A stretch of DNA of 64,000 bases from a virus: positions 1 through 64,000 of the IMG/VR virus record IMGVR_UViG_3300032282_005033, one strand, 5' to 3'. The position numbers and the translations under genes were made by a program. Shown here piece after piece: positions 32,801 through 41,357 of the stretch. A model generated the notes under the pieces. The model saw nothing but the letters and a program-made list of their open reading frames with translations, had not been told where the DNA came from and did not search any database. Each line of letters starts with the position of its first letter. Position 1 is the first letter of the stretch.

Positions 32801-35800
32801 TTATGTTTATTCGCACTTGCCCCAGGTTCATTATAGGTGCTATATTCGTAAGACTTAAGACTGTTTTCAACTAAGTTACTTATGGCTTTTACTTTTCTAA
32901 CTATTAATTCGTTATACAAATCAACTAATCCAGCGTCTTGATTTAAGACTCTTTGTCCAGTATTTTCATCTATTACATACCCAGCATCAACGTATTCGGT
33001 AACAGCTATATTAACTGCTGATTGTTTTGCTGCTGTTTGAGCATTAAGTGTTGAGGTCCAGTCTGCTCCAAGCAAAGTAGAAAATTCATTACTTCTTGGA
33101 TCTGCACCAAATTCTTCAAGCACATCTGTTTTACCCTTAGACAAAAGTTGGAACAATGCATCGTTAGATGGTTCGTTATCATCAGGATCTAATTGAAATA
33201 TTGTTTGGAATATATTTTTTACCGAATCATAATTATGATATCCATACCTAAATTGATCCCAAATTTCTTCAGCTTCTTTTACTGTTCTCCCATTGCCTGC
33301 AATAGTTTTAGTTTTACTATCAAAATTTTCATCATAATAACCTCTAGCGATTACAGATATATTGTCGGTAACATCATAAACAGAAGCAAAGTTATCAAAC
33401 TTTTTATTCTTTCTATCATCTTTTACTTTGTCTAAAAGTTTATCTTGTGCCAAATCATTTAAATCTCCATCCATAACAGTAGAGTAATATTGGAGATAAT
33501 TTCCACCCAATTCCCATTCTTTAGCCCAGTCTATATCTGTTTTGATAGCTAAAACATCATCATACGTAAATTCATTTTTAATTATAACTCCGCTTTGAAG
33601 ATTTTCTTTTCCACCCATTCTTGTGTCAACACCAGCTGTAGCTGAAGCCATTTTTGCTGGTAATACAGTACCAGTCAATCCACCCCATTGGTTATAGGCT
33701 ATGTCGCTAAGAGTAGTATTATCTTCAGCTGCTTTAAAGGCACCAAAACCTATCAGCATTGTGTCTTCGGATATATTTTTATCATAACTAAATCTATTTG
33801 AAGGGTTAAATTGACTTGTTACAACTCCTACTGGAGTGCTATCATCTACAAAGGTAAACATGCACTCAGTAAGATTTTTTTCTGCCATTCCAAGTTGAGC
33901 CCATTGGTCATTGGTACTATTACTTACTTCGGGGCCACCCATTTCTTTACCAGCAGCTGATGAAACTACTCCTATGTTTTCTAAAGGAGAAAGAATTTGT
34001 CCTTTATCATTAATTAATAAACCCAAGAAATATGCAGCGTCAGGAGATATTATCGCATCAATTTTATTGCTTCCAGAACCATCAGCTTCAGTTTTGCCCC
34101 AAAGAAAATAAGCTGGCGTACAAACAACTGCAGTCTTTTTTTCTGGGTTATATACCAAGACTTTTCTTTTCTTATAATCTTCTGGAGAACCAGCTAAATC
34201 TTCTTCTCTAATGTTATACATATTCAAGAATTTTTTAAGAGTGTCTCTTCTTGCATCTGGACCAACTGGAAGATCTACTGCTTTTGATTTAGCTCCTGGC
34301 CATGTTGGGGACAAAGCTTCTCTTGCTTTTATCGAACTTTCTGAAGTTGGATCGTATGGCCATCTCATAGCAATATAAAATTGTTCATCATCTGCGTTTT
34401 TTGGCATTCCCCATTCGGTAAAGTTAATGCTCAATGAAGGAAATCTACTGTTAGACAATTGATATGCTGGATCTAAGTCATCAAAATATTTTGTAAACTT
34501 CTCATTTAAGTAAACAGACTCACCTATTGCTCCATCTATGTCTCCGGCATTGGCAAAGTCTGCAAATGGTACCGGCATTCTTACTGTTTGACTTGCATTT
34601 ATTTGGCCAAGTCCTGCTTTTGGATCATATATTCCAGAAGGGTCAAATGCTGCTTGGTTTATTAATATATCTTGTATACCCATTAATGGAAGCTTTGCTG
34701 CAAAGTTAAAATTAAAATCTAATGTTGGCTCATCGTCTCCTGGTTTTTGGGAGACTAATGCTGTTTTTTCTGTGTCCTTATCTTTAATTACTAGATTTTT
34801 ATCTATCAAAGAAACTTTAACAAGACTAGCAACGCTTTGTATCAAGTTTTCTTGTTTTGCTCCGTGAACTATTTTGTCAAAATCTAAAGATGGCAAAGTA
34901 CCAGAAACTCTATTTGTAAAAAATGGATAAGAAAATCTTATCGGCAGCATTGGTATTTGCTGGTGGTCTTGCTGTATACTCATGTCTATACCAGTACCAG
35001 CTTTATTAAACGGTAAGTGGAAACCTACTTGCACCTTTCCTTTATTAACTGGTAGTCTTGATTTTACTTTTCCATATTCGTAATAAGCGTTTCTGCCTTT
35101 ATCGGAAAAGTTTATAATTCTGCCCTTAAGTTTTCTGCCAGCTTTAAAAACACCAGACATATTAATCATATCTTTAGATATATTTGCTATGTCTTCGGAA
35201 ATACTACTTTCTTTATTCTGCAGAGAAGCTAAGGCATCTGCGTTTGGCGTCATTTCTTTATTAACGCTTAACAATATTTTCTGCAGTGAATCATCAGGTT
35301 CTATATATCCCGGTATAGTAGATCCCTCTTTTTTAGCCTGCTCTTCATTTGGAAATCCTGTTGAAACTGGAAACACGCCAGATGTGTAAAGCCAGTGTGG
35401 TTTTCCGTAAAATATTGTAGACCTATCTTCAAAGGGTCTTACTGCAACAATATAATTTGGAAGTAACTTTGCGCACATTTGGAACATATCCCAAACACTT
35501 CTCATGTATGTTTGTGCTCTAAATGATACTTCATCATATATGTCATCATCTGAATCACTCATTAACCCTAATGTTTTCATAATATTACTTGCGCCTCTTC
35601 CATTGAGTGACTTAAGCAATCCCACACCTAAAAACATTCCAGCTAATGGATTATACGAACCAACCGCACCAGAAATACCGCCTGATATTACTTTTGATAA
35701 ACCTATTGAGTGACTTGAATTAACCAATTTATTTTGCGATGTAGCTTGATCTAAAACAACCGACGCATCGAGGCCACCAGGTTTAGAAGATTGATCAATT

Positions 35801-38800
35801 AAATTAGACCATGTATCATTCGATAATCTATTTAAATATCCAAATTTTTCTTGATCAACACTTGAAATATCAATACTAGCCATAGTTGCCCAACCATCAT
35901 CAAGGTCTCCTCCAAGGAACTGAGCTACTCCGACTCCATTGCCTGGGTATATGTTTCGTTTAAATATTTCAAGGTCTCTTTGAGTACTAAAATTACCCCA
36001 TAAAGATTGCATAGCTCCAACTACAGGAGTTCTAACAGAACCTCCAGCACTTTCCATACCAACGTTTCCACCAATGCCAGGTGATAAGCCGGCGGTAGTC
36101 ATAGCTAAAGATGATGACCCAGCTATCAATGCACCACCAGTAATTAAATTAGCTGCTGAGTTCCAAGCTAAACCTACTGACCCAGATATTGGATTATTTC
36201 CAATTGCGTTGAAAGCATTAATAACGCTTTGCCTGTATTGATCGTGCTTTGCTTGTTCTTCTGGAGTTAATGGAGCATAGAGTATAGAACCAAAATGTCT
36301 TATGCCAAATTTATTTTCAGAAAAAACTGCTCCTCTTGTAGCGTGCGAAAAAGCTTCTCTCATTCTTGAAGCACCCATTGAGAGAAGTCTCACCATTAGG
36401 TCTCTAGGTTCTGACATCCAAAGTCCAGTGTTTATTCCTCCATCAATCTTACCGCTATCTCCCTTTTTCTTTGTACTATTAATTATAGGACTTAACTCTA
36501 CAGCGTCTGACTGAGCGGTGATAGTCATAATTTCACCATGCTCTACTTCTGCGATAACACCATTAAACACTGTTTGCAGTGAGTTTGGGTTAGATCCATA
36601 ACCAGCTCTTAAATGCACTCTTACACCTGGTTTTAATCTTATATGATCTATTTCAGTAACATATTTAGAACTCATATGCGACTTTATATTCATGGATCTT
36701 GTTATCAACGTATCTATTATTTGAGCTGTACCGCTGCTTAAGTTAACTGTATTTAAAGATCCAGTACCAATATTTTGCGTTAATTCTCCATTAAGATCTA
36801 CTATGCTGCTTATTGTAGCTTCAGGTCTTGATAATTTAGAATAAGTATTAGATAATCTAAGAACCAGAGTGTCTCCTAAAATATCTTCAGATTGAACAAT
36901 TGAAAAATCTATTATTGATTGAAGTCCATAAAAATTATCAAATAATTTAACACCAGCAAAGTAATTAGAATCATCAATTAACCACAACATATATGTGGGG
37001 AAAGCCCTTAACATTCTGCCAGTAGTATCTCTATACTGAGTATCAAGCATCATTTTTTGCCAGTGTTTTGCAACTCCCTTGTGTGTTCCAGCTGATTGAA
37101 CAGACTGCATCTTATCTGTTTGGTCTGATCCATATGCGTGTGTTGTTTGGCTTAATGAGGCTGCTCCTACAACTCCAGTATGGCTAACTTGTGAATCTCT
37201 TTCTGGGGCTTGGGTATCTGAAATTTTTGTAACTTGAGAAGTAGGAGTCAATTTTCCGTCTGAACTCAATCTTAAGAAGTCTTGTGCTATGTAGAATCTT
37301 CCATCTTTTTTATTTGAATACCCCATAACATAACCACCGTCGGGTGTTTGATATATGGCCGGTATCTTATCTGTTGTACCAGAGTCTGCTGCTGGTATCA
37401 AATGCATGACACCAAAATGATCAACATCATCTGGATCAAACGATGGTAATTCGTTTTTATCTTTTTCTGTGTCAAGTGTAATTAATTTATTAAACTTGTC
37501 CATTTCCTCTTTGGATCCAGATACCAAATCTCCTATCTTGAAGTCTCCGTATCTAGTGTTAAATTTAATATCTTCAAATTTATAATCAATATCTTCATCA
37601 CTTTGGAATGAATCAATCATGTCTTTCCAAAGAGTTGGATACTTATTGGCAATGAATCTACTTGACTGTAAATCGGTTTGGAACTCTGGTTCAGACTGTT
37701 GATCAAATATTGCTATTCTAAAAATCTTCATTGCTTCTGCTGCTGGAAGTTTTTCGTCATCAATTAAATATTTTTTAACAGCGTTATAATCACCGCTACT
37801 TTCTATTAACATTTTCTTTACAAAATAAACGTATGATTTACCTCTATCGTTAAGATGAGTTTTTTCATCTTGCCATTCTCCAGTTGGTATAGTATATTGG
37901 TGCGGTTCTACAATGCTGTTTACAACATCATTATCAAACATTTCAAATGATCTAAAATAATAATCTGGATCCATAGAACCAACAACTAGCTTTGTATCTG
38001 GATCAACAACGCTCAGCGGCATGTCAGGATACGCATTGATCATATCCCATCTCTGTTTAAGTCTTAAGAATGGATTTCTTTTTGTCCCAAATGTTTTGAT
38101 AAAATCAATTTGTTGTTCAGAACTAATGTTTTCTCTCTTTTGCTGGAATATATCAAAGTCGGCCAGCATCAGGTTTACATTGTAAACATGCGGGTATCCA
38201 GGAACAGTGTCAACTGTAAAACTGATTGGTAATACATACTTGACCCCAGATAGGGCTGTTATTATGTTTTTAATTCCCATAAATCCTATGACACCAGCAG
38301 CGTGTTCCAGCCTAGCTAAACCACTTAAGAAATCAAACATCTTTTTTATTTTTGTTAATTCTTTTTCTCCAAAAACAGTTAAAGAAATACTTATCATAGT
38401 GTCTTTGGAACCTATGTGTTGGAATGTAGGCTCTTCTTGCATTTGAAGTTGCATTTTGGCCAAGTTATTGCCCATACTAAGACTAACAGAATTTACTATA
38501 ACAGAGTTTGGATCAAGATCCACTTTCATCATAGGGACTTCCCATTCTTTTATGGTAAATGCTGGAAGACCAAGTTGGTTTGATTGTTTTATAGCTGCTT
38601 GTCCTAATAAAGATTTAATGCCTTCATCCTTAAAAGTTCTTTCATAAAGCAGTATCGTAAAGGCATCCATGAATTTCTTTTCTTCAACTGCATGAAGAGA
38701 GATCCATTCTTTTGAAGTTTTATCTATTATATCAACTTTTCTTTTTCTCAAAATTGCTTCAACGTTATTGGTTATACTTTGTGATAATAGTCCATCAACA

Positions 38801-40887
38801 CTTTGTGAACTAAGGTACAATTCCCATTTTTTAGCTATTAGAGCATTGGTTGCTTCTGGCGTTGTAAGGACTGGTGCTTGCACATCGTTTGGCGATTTTC
38901 TATTTTTTAAATAGTCTATTGATTGTGTATTAAGTGGTGCGTGCAGTACCTCTGAACAATAATTTATATAACTGATTACTGCTGCATCATATACTTGCTC
39001 ATAAGTGGTTTTTGAGTTTGCACCAGCCAAAGCAACTTCGACAACCCTTGCTACCTGATCTCTTGTTTTTAGTGTTATTTCTTGATTTAAGCTATTGATT
39101 ATAACCGTATCTAAAGATCTATATTTTCCAAAATCTAATAATGTAATACCAAATTGACCCATTAAATTATCCCAAAGAGATCTGCTACTTTGCGTTATTG
39201 CAGCTTCTTCTTCACTTCTAAACATAGAAACATCTGGACTATAAATTTTTGATTGAACAGATTCAGGTATATAGAGAGTTATTCCGTTTCCGTTTACCCA
39301 ATCATTCATTACGTTAGTTGTTAAAACTCCATTATTGTATGGAATTTTATCTTCATATGAAGATCCGTAAGGTGAGTTAACTATTGTGTCGTATCCATTT
39401 TCTAAACTTGGATCTGTTGTAACTCCAGTTGTAACTGCCGTCTTACCTTCAACTGTATTCATCAAAAACTCTGAGTTAACTGAATTAGCCAATGATCCAG
39501 CTGCTTTGCCCATATATTGCCTATATTTACCCCAATTAACTGCTTGGTTAAAATCGTTAATCATAGGAAGAAAAGGTTTATGATTAAATTGGAAAAGTTC
39601 CAAATCTACTTCTAGGGTAAATGGATAATTTGGAACTGTAGAAATAGTCATTGAAGATAACGCTACGCCAGTTATATTAAAAACAGAATTTAAATAATGA
39701 TTTTTTATTGGAAGAATTGGAGAATATTTAAAAGCTGCAACAAGTCCCCTTAAAGAAGATATAAATTTATCTATCTTTTTTTCATGTTCTGGATCTTTAA
39801 AATCAATATAAAAATTTGATTGCAAGCTTATCTTTGTTGCGTCATCTACTGTAATGCCCCAAATTTCTTCATAGTTTGGAAAAAATAATTTTAAGTTAAT
39901 TGTTGTATCTCTGTAACCAGAATTAAATTTAGGAGAAGCTTTTTGTCTGATAGCCCCACCTGTTAAACTTCCAGTTTTAAATCCTGTGTTAACACTAATT
40001 GAAATTGGAGGTACGTAAAAATTTGCGGCACCTAAACGCAAATGAAATATATCTGGGTTAACCGGAGGAGCACTGTTGACGTTTCTTATCTTTGCATCTG
40101 CCTCGAGAATTCTTTGTGCTGTTGATAAATTTTCTTTAGCCCAAATTGCTTTAAAAGTTGCTTTACCATTTTGGTCTGTACCAAAAGCTTTAAACAAACT
40201 TTCAAGCATCTGACTACTGTCATTTAACGGATCTTCAGTACCACTATACCCTGCGGTTGCAGCAAGTGCGGTTATATACAGTCTATAAAGATTAGGAAAA
40301 AATTTATATACAGTAGCTAAAGCAACTGGATCTGCAAAAAAATAATCCTTTGCTTGGTTAAGTTTTTGCATCCACATTGTATCTCTTACGGGATCGGCAT
40401 ATTCAGTTGCAGATTTTCTTAGTGTGTCTGCTTCCTGAAACCTGAGACGAGCAAATTCTCTTATTCCTCCAGCCATTTCTGCCAAAGACAATAGTCCAGA
40501 CTGGTATATTTTTTCAAAAATTAGATTTCTATTTTTTTCATCTTCTAAAAATGATCTTTCAGATTTTCTAAAACTTGTTAAATATTTTGTAAAACCATCA
40601 TTTAATGCATCTCTAGACGTGCCCCAACCACGCAAATTTTTGTTTACTTCATCAGAAGAACCATCTAAACCAAAATCTCTTCCAGCTTCAGGTATTAAAA
40701 ATAATGGACTGATTGCTACTTTCGTTGAGTCACCGATAAAGTCAAAGAAGTTTGCTGCCTTAGAAAGGAAAGATCTATCGCTTCCCATTTCTCCAAACAA
40801 AGAACTGATTGGAGCTAGATCAGAATCGGCGTACAGGTTCTGTGAGGCTTCGTTTCCAGTTATGTCTATTTCATTTTCTGATGCCAT
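29896..40887 (-). CDS. Giant baseplate hub protein (3663 aa) with RlpA-like DPBB and C-terminal SNase-like domains
   Basis: Hub motifs LKPGVRVHLRAGYGSN...VFNGVIAEV and GEIIVIGNTDIRPHD...FEVEQVVHHF..ETGFITSI. SNase-like motif VTHVRDGDTFEV...IRFDGINTAE. Confidence 0.7.
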   Translation of the reverse strand: MASENEIDITGNEASQNLYADSDLAPISSLFGEMGSDRSFLSKAANFFDFIGDSTKVAISPLFLIPEAGRDFGLDGSSDEVNKNLRGWGTSRDALNDGFTKYLTSFRKSERSFLEDEKNRNLIFEKIYQSGLLSLAEMAGGIREFARLRFQEADTLRKSATEYADPVRDTMWMQKLNQAKDYFFADPVALATVYKFFPNLYRLYITALAATAGYSGTEDPLNDSSQMLESLFKAFGTDQNGKATFKAIWAKENLSTAQRILEADAKIRNVNSAPPVNPDIFHLRLGAANFYVPPISISVNTGFKTGSLTGGAIRQKASPKFNSGYRDTTINLKLFFPNYEEIWGITVDDATKISLQSNFYIDFKDPEHEKKIDKFISSLRGLVAAFKYSPILPIKNHYLNSVFNITGVALSSMTISTVPNYPFTLEVDLELFQFNHKPFLPMINDFNQAVNWGKYRQYMGKAAGSLANSVNSEFLMNTVEGKTAVTTGVTTDPSLENGYDTIVNSPYGSSYEDKIPYNNGVLTTNVMNDWVNGNGITLYIPESVQSKIYSPDVSMFRSEEEAAITQSSRSLWDNLMGQFGITLLDFGKYRSLDTVIINSLNQEITLKTRDQVARVVEVALAGANSKTTYEQVYDAAVISYINYCSEVLHAPLNTQSIDYLKNRKSPNDVQAPVLTTPEATNALIAKKWELYLSSQSVDGLLSQSITNNVEAILRKRKVDIIDKTSKEWISLHAVEEKKFMDAFTILLYERTFKDEGIKSLLGQAAIKQSNQLGLPAFTIKEWEVPMMKVDLDPNSVIVNSVSLSMGNNLAKMQLQMQEEPTFQHIGSKDTMISISLTVFGEKELTKIKKMFDFLSGLARLEHAAGVIGFMGIKNIITALSGVKYVLPISFTVDTVPGYPHVYNVNLMLADFDIFQQKRENISSEQQIDFIKTFGTKRNPFLRLKQRWDMINAYPDMPLSVVDPDTKLVVGSMDPDYYFRSFEMFDNDVVNSIVEPHQYTIPTGEWQDEKTHLNDRGKSYVYFVKKMLIESSGDYNAVKKYLIDDEKLPAAEAMKIFRIAIFDQQSEPEFQTDLQSSRFIANKYPTLWKDMIDSFQSDEDIDYKFEDIKFNTRYGDFKIGDLVSGSKEEMDKFNKLITLDTEKDKNELPSFDPDDVDHFGVMHLIPAADSGTTDKIPAIYQTPDGGYVMGYSNKKDGRFYIAQDFLRLSSDGKLTPTSQVTKISDTQAPERDSQVSHTGVVGAASLSQTTHAYGSDQTDKMQSVQSAGTHKGVAKHWQKMMLDTQYRDTTGRMLRAFPTYMLWLIDDSNYFAGVKLFDNFYGLQSIIDFSIVQSEDILGDTLVLRLSNTYSKLSRPEATISSIVDLNGELTQNIGTGSLNTVNLSSGTAQIIDTLITRSMNIKSHMSSKYVTEIDHIRLKPGVRVHLRAGYGSNPNSLQTVFNGVIAEVEHGEIMTITAQSDAVELSPIINSTKKKGDSGKIDGGINTGLWMSEPRDLMVRLLSMGASRMREAFSHATRGAVFSENKFGIRHFGSILYAPLTPEEQAKHDQYRQSVINAFNAIGNNPISGSVGLAWNSAANLITGGALIAGSSSLAMTTAGLSPGIGGNVGMESAGGSVRTPVVGAMQSLWGNFSTQRDLEIFKRNIYPGNGVGVAQFLGGDLDDGWATMASIDISSVDQEKFGYLNRLSNDTWSNLIDQSSKPGGLDASVVLDQATSQNKLVNSSHSIGLSKVISGGISGAVGSYNPLAGMFLGVGLLKSLNGRGASNIMKTLGLMSDSDDDIYDEVSFRAQTYMRSVWDMFQMCAKLLPNYIVAVRPFEDRSTIFYGKPHWLYTSGVFPVSTGFPNEEQAKKEGSTIPGYIEPDDSLQKILLSVNKEMTPNADALASLQNKESSISEDIANISKDMINMSGVFKAGRKLKGRIINFSDKGRNAYYEYGKVKSRLPVNKGKVQVGFHLPFNKAGTGIDMSIQQDHQQIPMLPIRFSYPFFTNRVSGTLPSLDFDKIVHGAKQENLIQSVASLVKVSLIDKNLVIKDKDTEKTALVSQKPGDDEPTLDFNFNFAAKLPLMGIQDILINQAAFDPSGIYDPKAGLGQINASQTVRMPVPFADFANAGDIDGAIGESVYLNEKFTKYFDDLDPAYQLSNSRFPSLSINFTEWGMPKNADDEQFYIAMRWPYDPTSESSIKAREALSPTWPGAKSKAVDLPVGPDARRDTLKKFLNMYNIREEDLAGSPEDYKKRKVLVYNPEKKTAVVCTPAYFLWGKTEADGSGSNKIDAIISPDAAYFLGLLINDKGQILSPLENIGVVSSAAGKEMGGPEVSNSTNDQWAQLGMAEKNLTECMFTFVDDSTPVGVVTSQFNPSNRFSYDKNISEDTMLIGFGAFKAAEDNTTLSDIAYNQWGGLTGTVLPAKMASATAGVDTRMGGKENLQSGVIIKNEFTYDDVLAIKTDIDWAKEWELGGNYLQYYSTVMDGDLNDLAQDKLLDKVKDDRKNKKFDNFASVYDVTDNISVIARGYYDENFDSKTKTIAGNGRTVKEAEEIWDQFRYGYHNYDSVKNIFQTIFQLDPDDNEPSNDALFQLLSKGKTDVLEEFGADPRSNEFSTLLGADWTSTLNAQTAAKQSAVNIAVTEYVDAGYVIDENTGQRVLNQDAGLVDLYNELIVRKVKAISNLVENSLKSYEYSTYNEPGASANKHNEDAQKMLAKIDTPKKLYLMMVGLFRQKLWKDPYSRAWLVLRPDKKRFNPSGTTQFVMGTMPVLAPVVAGFNIGNDENDQWSFRPVDKIWAAFIDYKAEYSTSDSKLKSLLQKNAHEGNGSSNWIQGVAEDANNFWNRNIGPIYHAFTASLGNLLNMFRMSMAQMGYGLNELENFTKQANILNKAYNDSIYYSLGRPGTLLRAVDNPFTREYGEPVVEVREPFQRLHYISSFTHILSNNIKENTGGIATQITAVSDGKYPVTVSLDKSAPPEKQVEKTVETGLYFDNVKGEGVWGILHPIFHPLQTARGIAKAASGDPDELSARRVALAHLKESLKDIYDGEIIVIGNTDIRPHDLVYLADVYERMYGIFEVEQVVHHFTPETGFITSIKPNAFVTVNDPARWFMSSWIASRFSMQNLRNDTRMLLSSKSNNPLTTMTGEVSVDHLSDLLKDQMMGGIQYTHGHSALLKDIQANQVADTMPEGSAKIKEMIKASTGNQGNQAGAAIVAGIVMPVVTAAATIATMPAGPIVSGMVAGAGALLTDAAWGAWKWVRDNVLDQHGCYIQYLSKNGQAMDAGLSNFQGMVVGRASTKRLLPKALGIKTNVKSESGYAWIRSDDLLKSLGWKEKQISNLVRYTSLENAIVHAELLKYSGLGPEKTGLNQYFKTIVRVTHVRDGDTFEVVDVLGNIKEPYAIRFDGINTAELDKITVSQDIAVVDPQSSASKALVFTNERVYNKLIALRINPNRPDMILTADDLEAGATKNNIANYSIAREPNASNYSEHRYMGTVFYKTDPNSKQNIINKLKSIFLAIPEGTSDSILYVKDKAKELINPASVISTRFDTLYLEYDNLLKTTSVNYQNGKYSEYLEIDPEHLPETGDPLGKLTQLELRSFDVLVNLLILEKVYDKASEWPVVSWDEYYDDGSPITLNWELVVNNLARVYTETLNYISGPALNSSLNPELVKVNPT

Positions 40888-40890
40888 ACT

Positions 40891-41346
40891 TTACCTAAAC
40901 ATGTCGTCTGTTTTGAGGTGTTCACTTAATATATTAGCTGAACTATTTTTATTAAATGTAGAACTGTAATTGTTAATTATACCACTTTTTTTACTATTAT
41001 TTCCTAGTTTATTAGCTATATCTTGTCTTGCTGCTGGACGAACAGATTCTTTTTTATATCTAGCTTTTTGAATTGCTTCATTATCATAACCCTGCCCTTC
41101 CATTTGAATTGGAACAGTAACCTGATCCATTAAACCTTCTTTAGAACCCCTTACTGGATCTGATTTACTTTCTGATAAAACTGACCTAGAAGAATTGGTC
41201 ATGTTATTTTTTTCATGGCCATCACTTTTACTTGTTGCAATTCTGGCTGAAAAAGCATTGGCTGTTTTAGTTCTTGGGGATGTGTCTATCCTTTTTTGAG
41301 CAGCTTCTTTTAAATTTTTATTCTGTTGATCTGCACCAAAAATCAT
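40891..41346 (-). CDS. Hypothetical protein (151 aa, polar, low complexity)
   Basis: AGGTG RBS; fills the gap between the neighbouring genes. Confidence 0.6.
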   Translation of the reverse strand: MIFGADQQNKNLKEAAQKRIDTSPRTKTANAFSARIATSKSDGHEKNNMTNSSRSVLSESKSDPVRGSKEGLMDQVTVPIQMEGQGYDNEAIQKARYKKESVRPAARQDIANKLGNNSKKSGIINNYSSTFNKNSSANILSEHLKTDDMFR

Positions 41347-41357
41347 TTATTACACAC

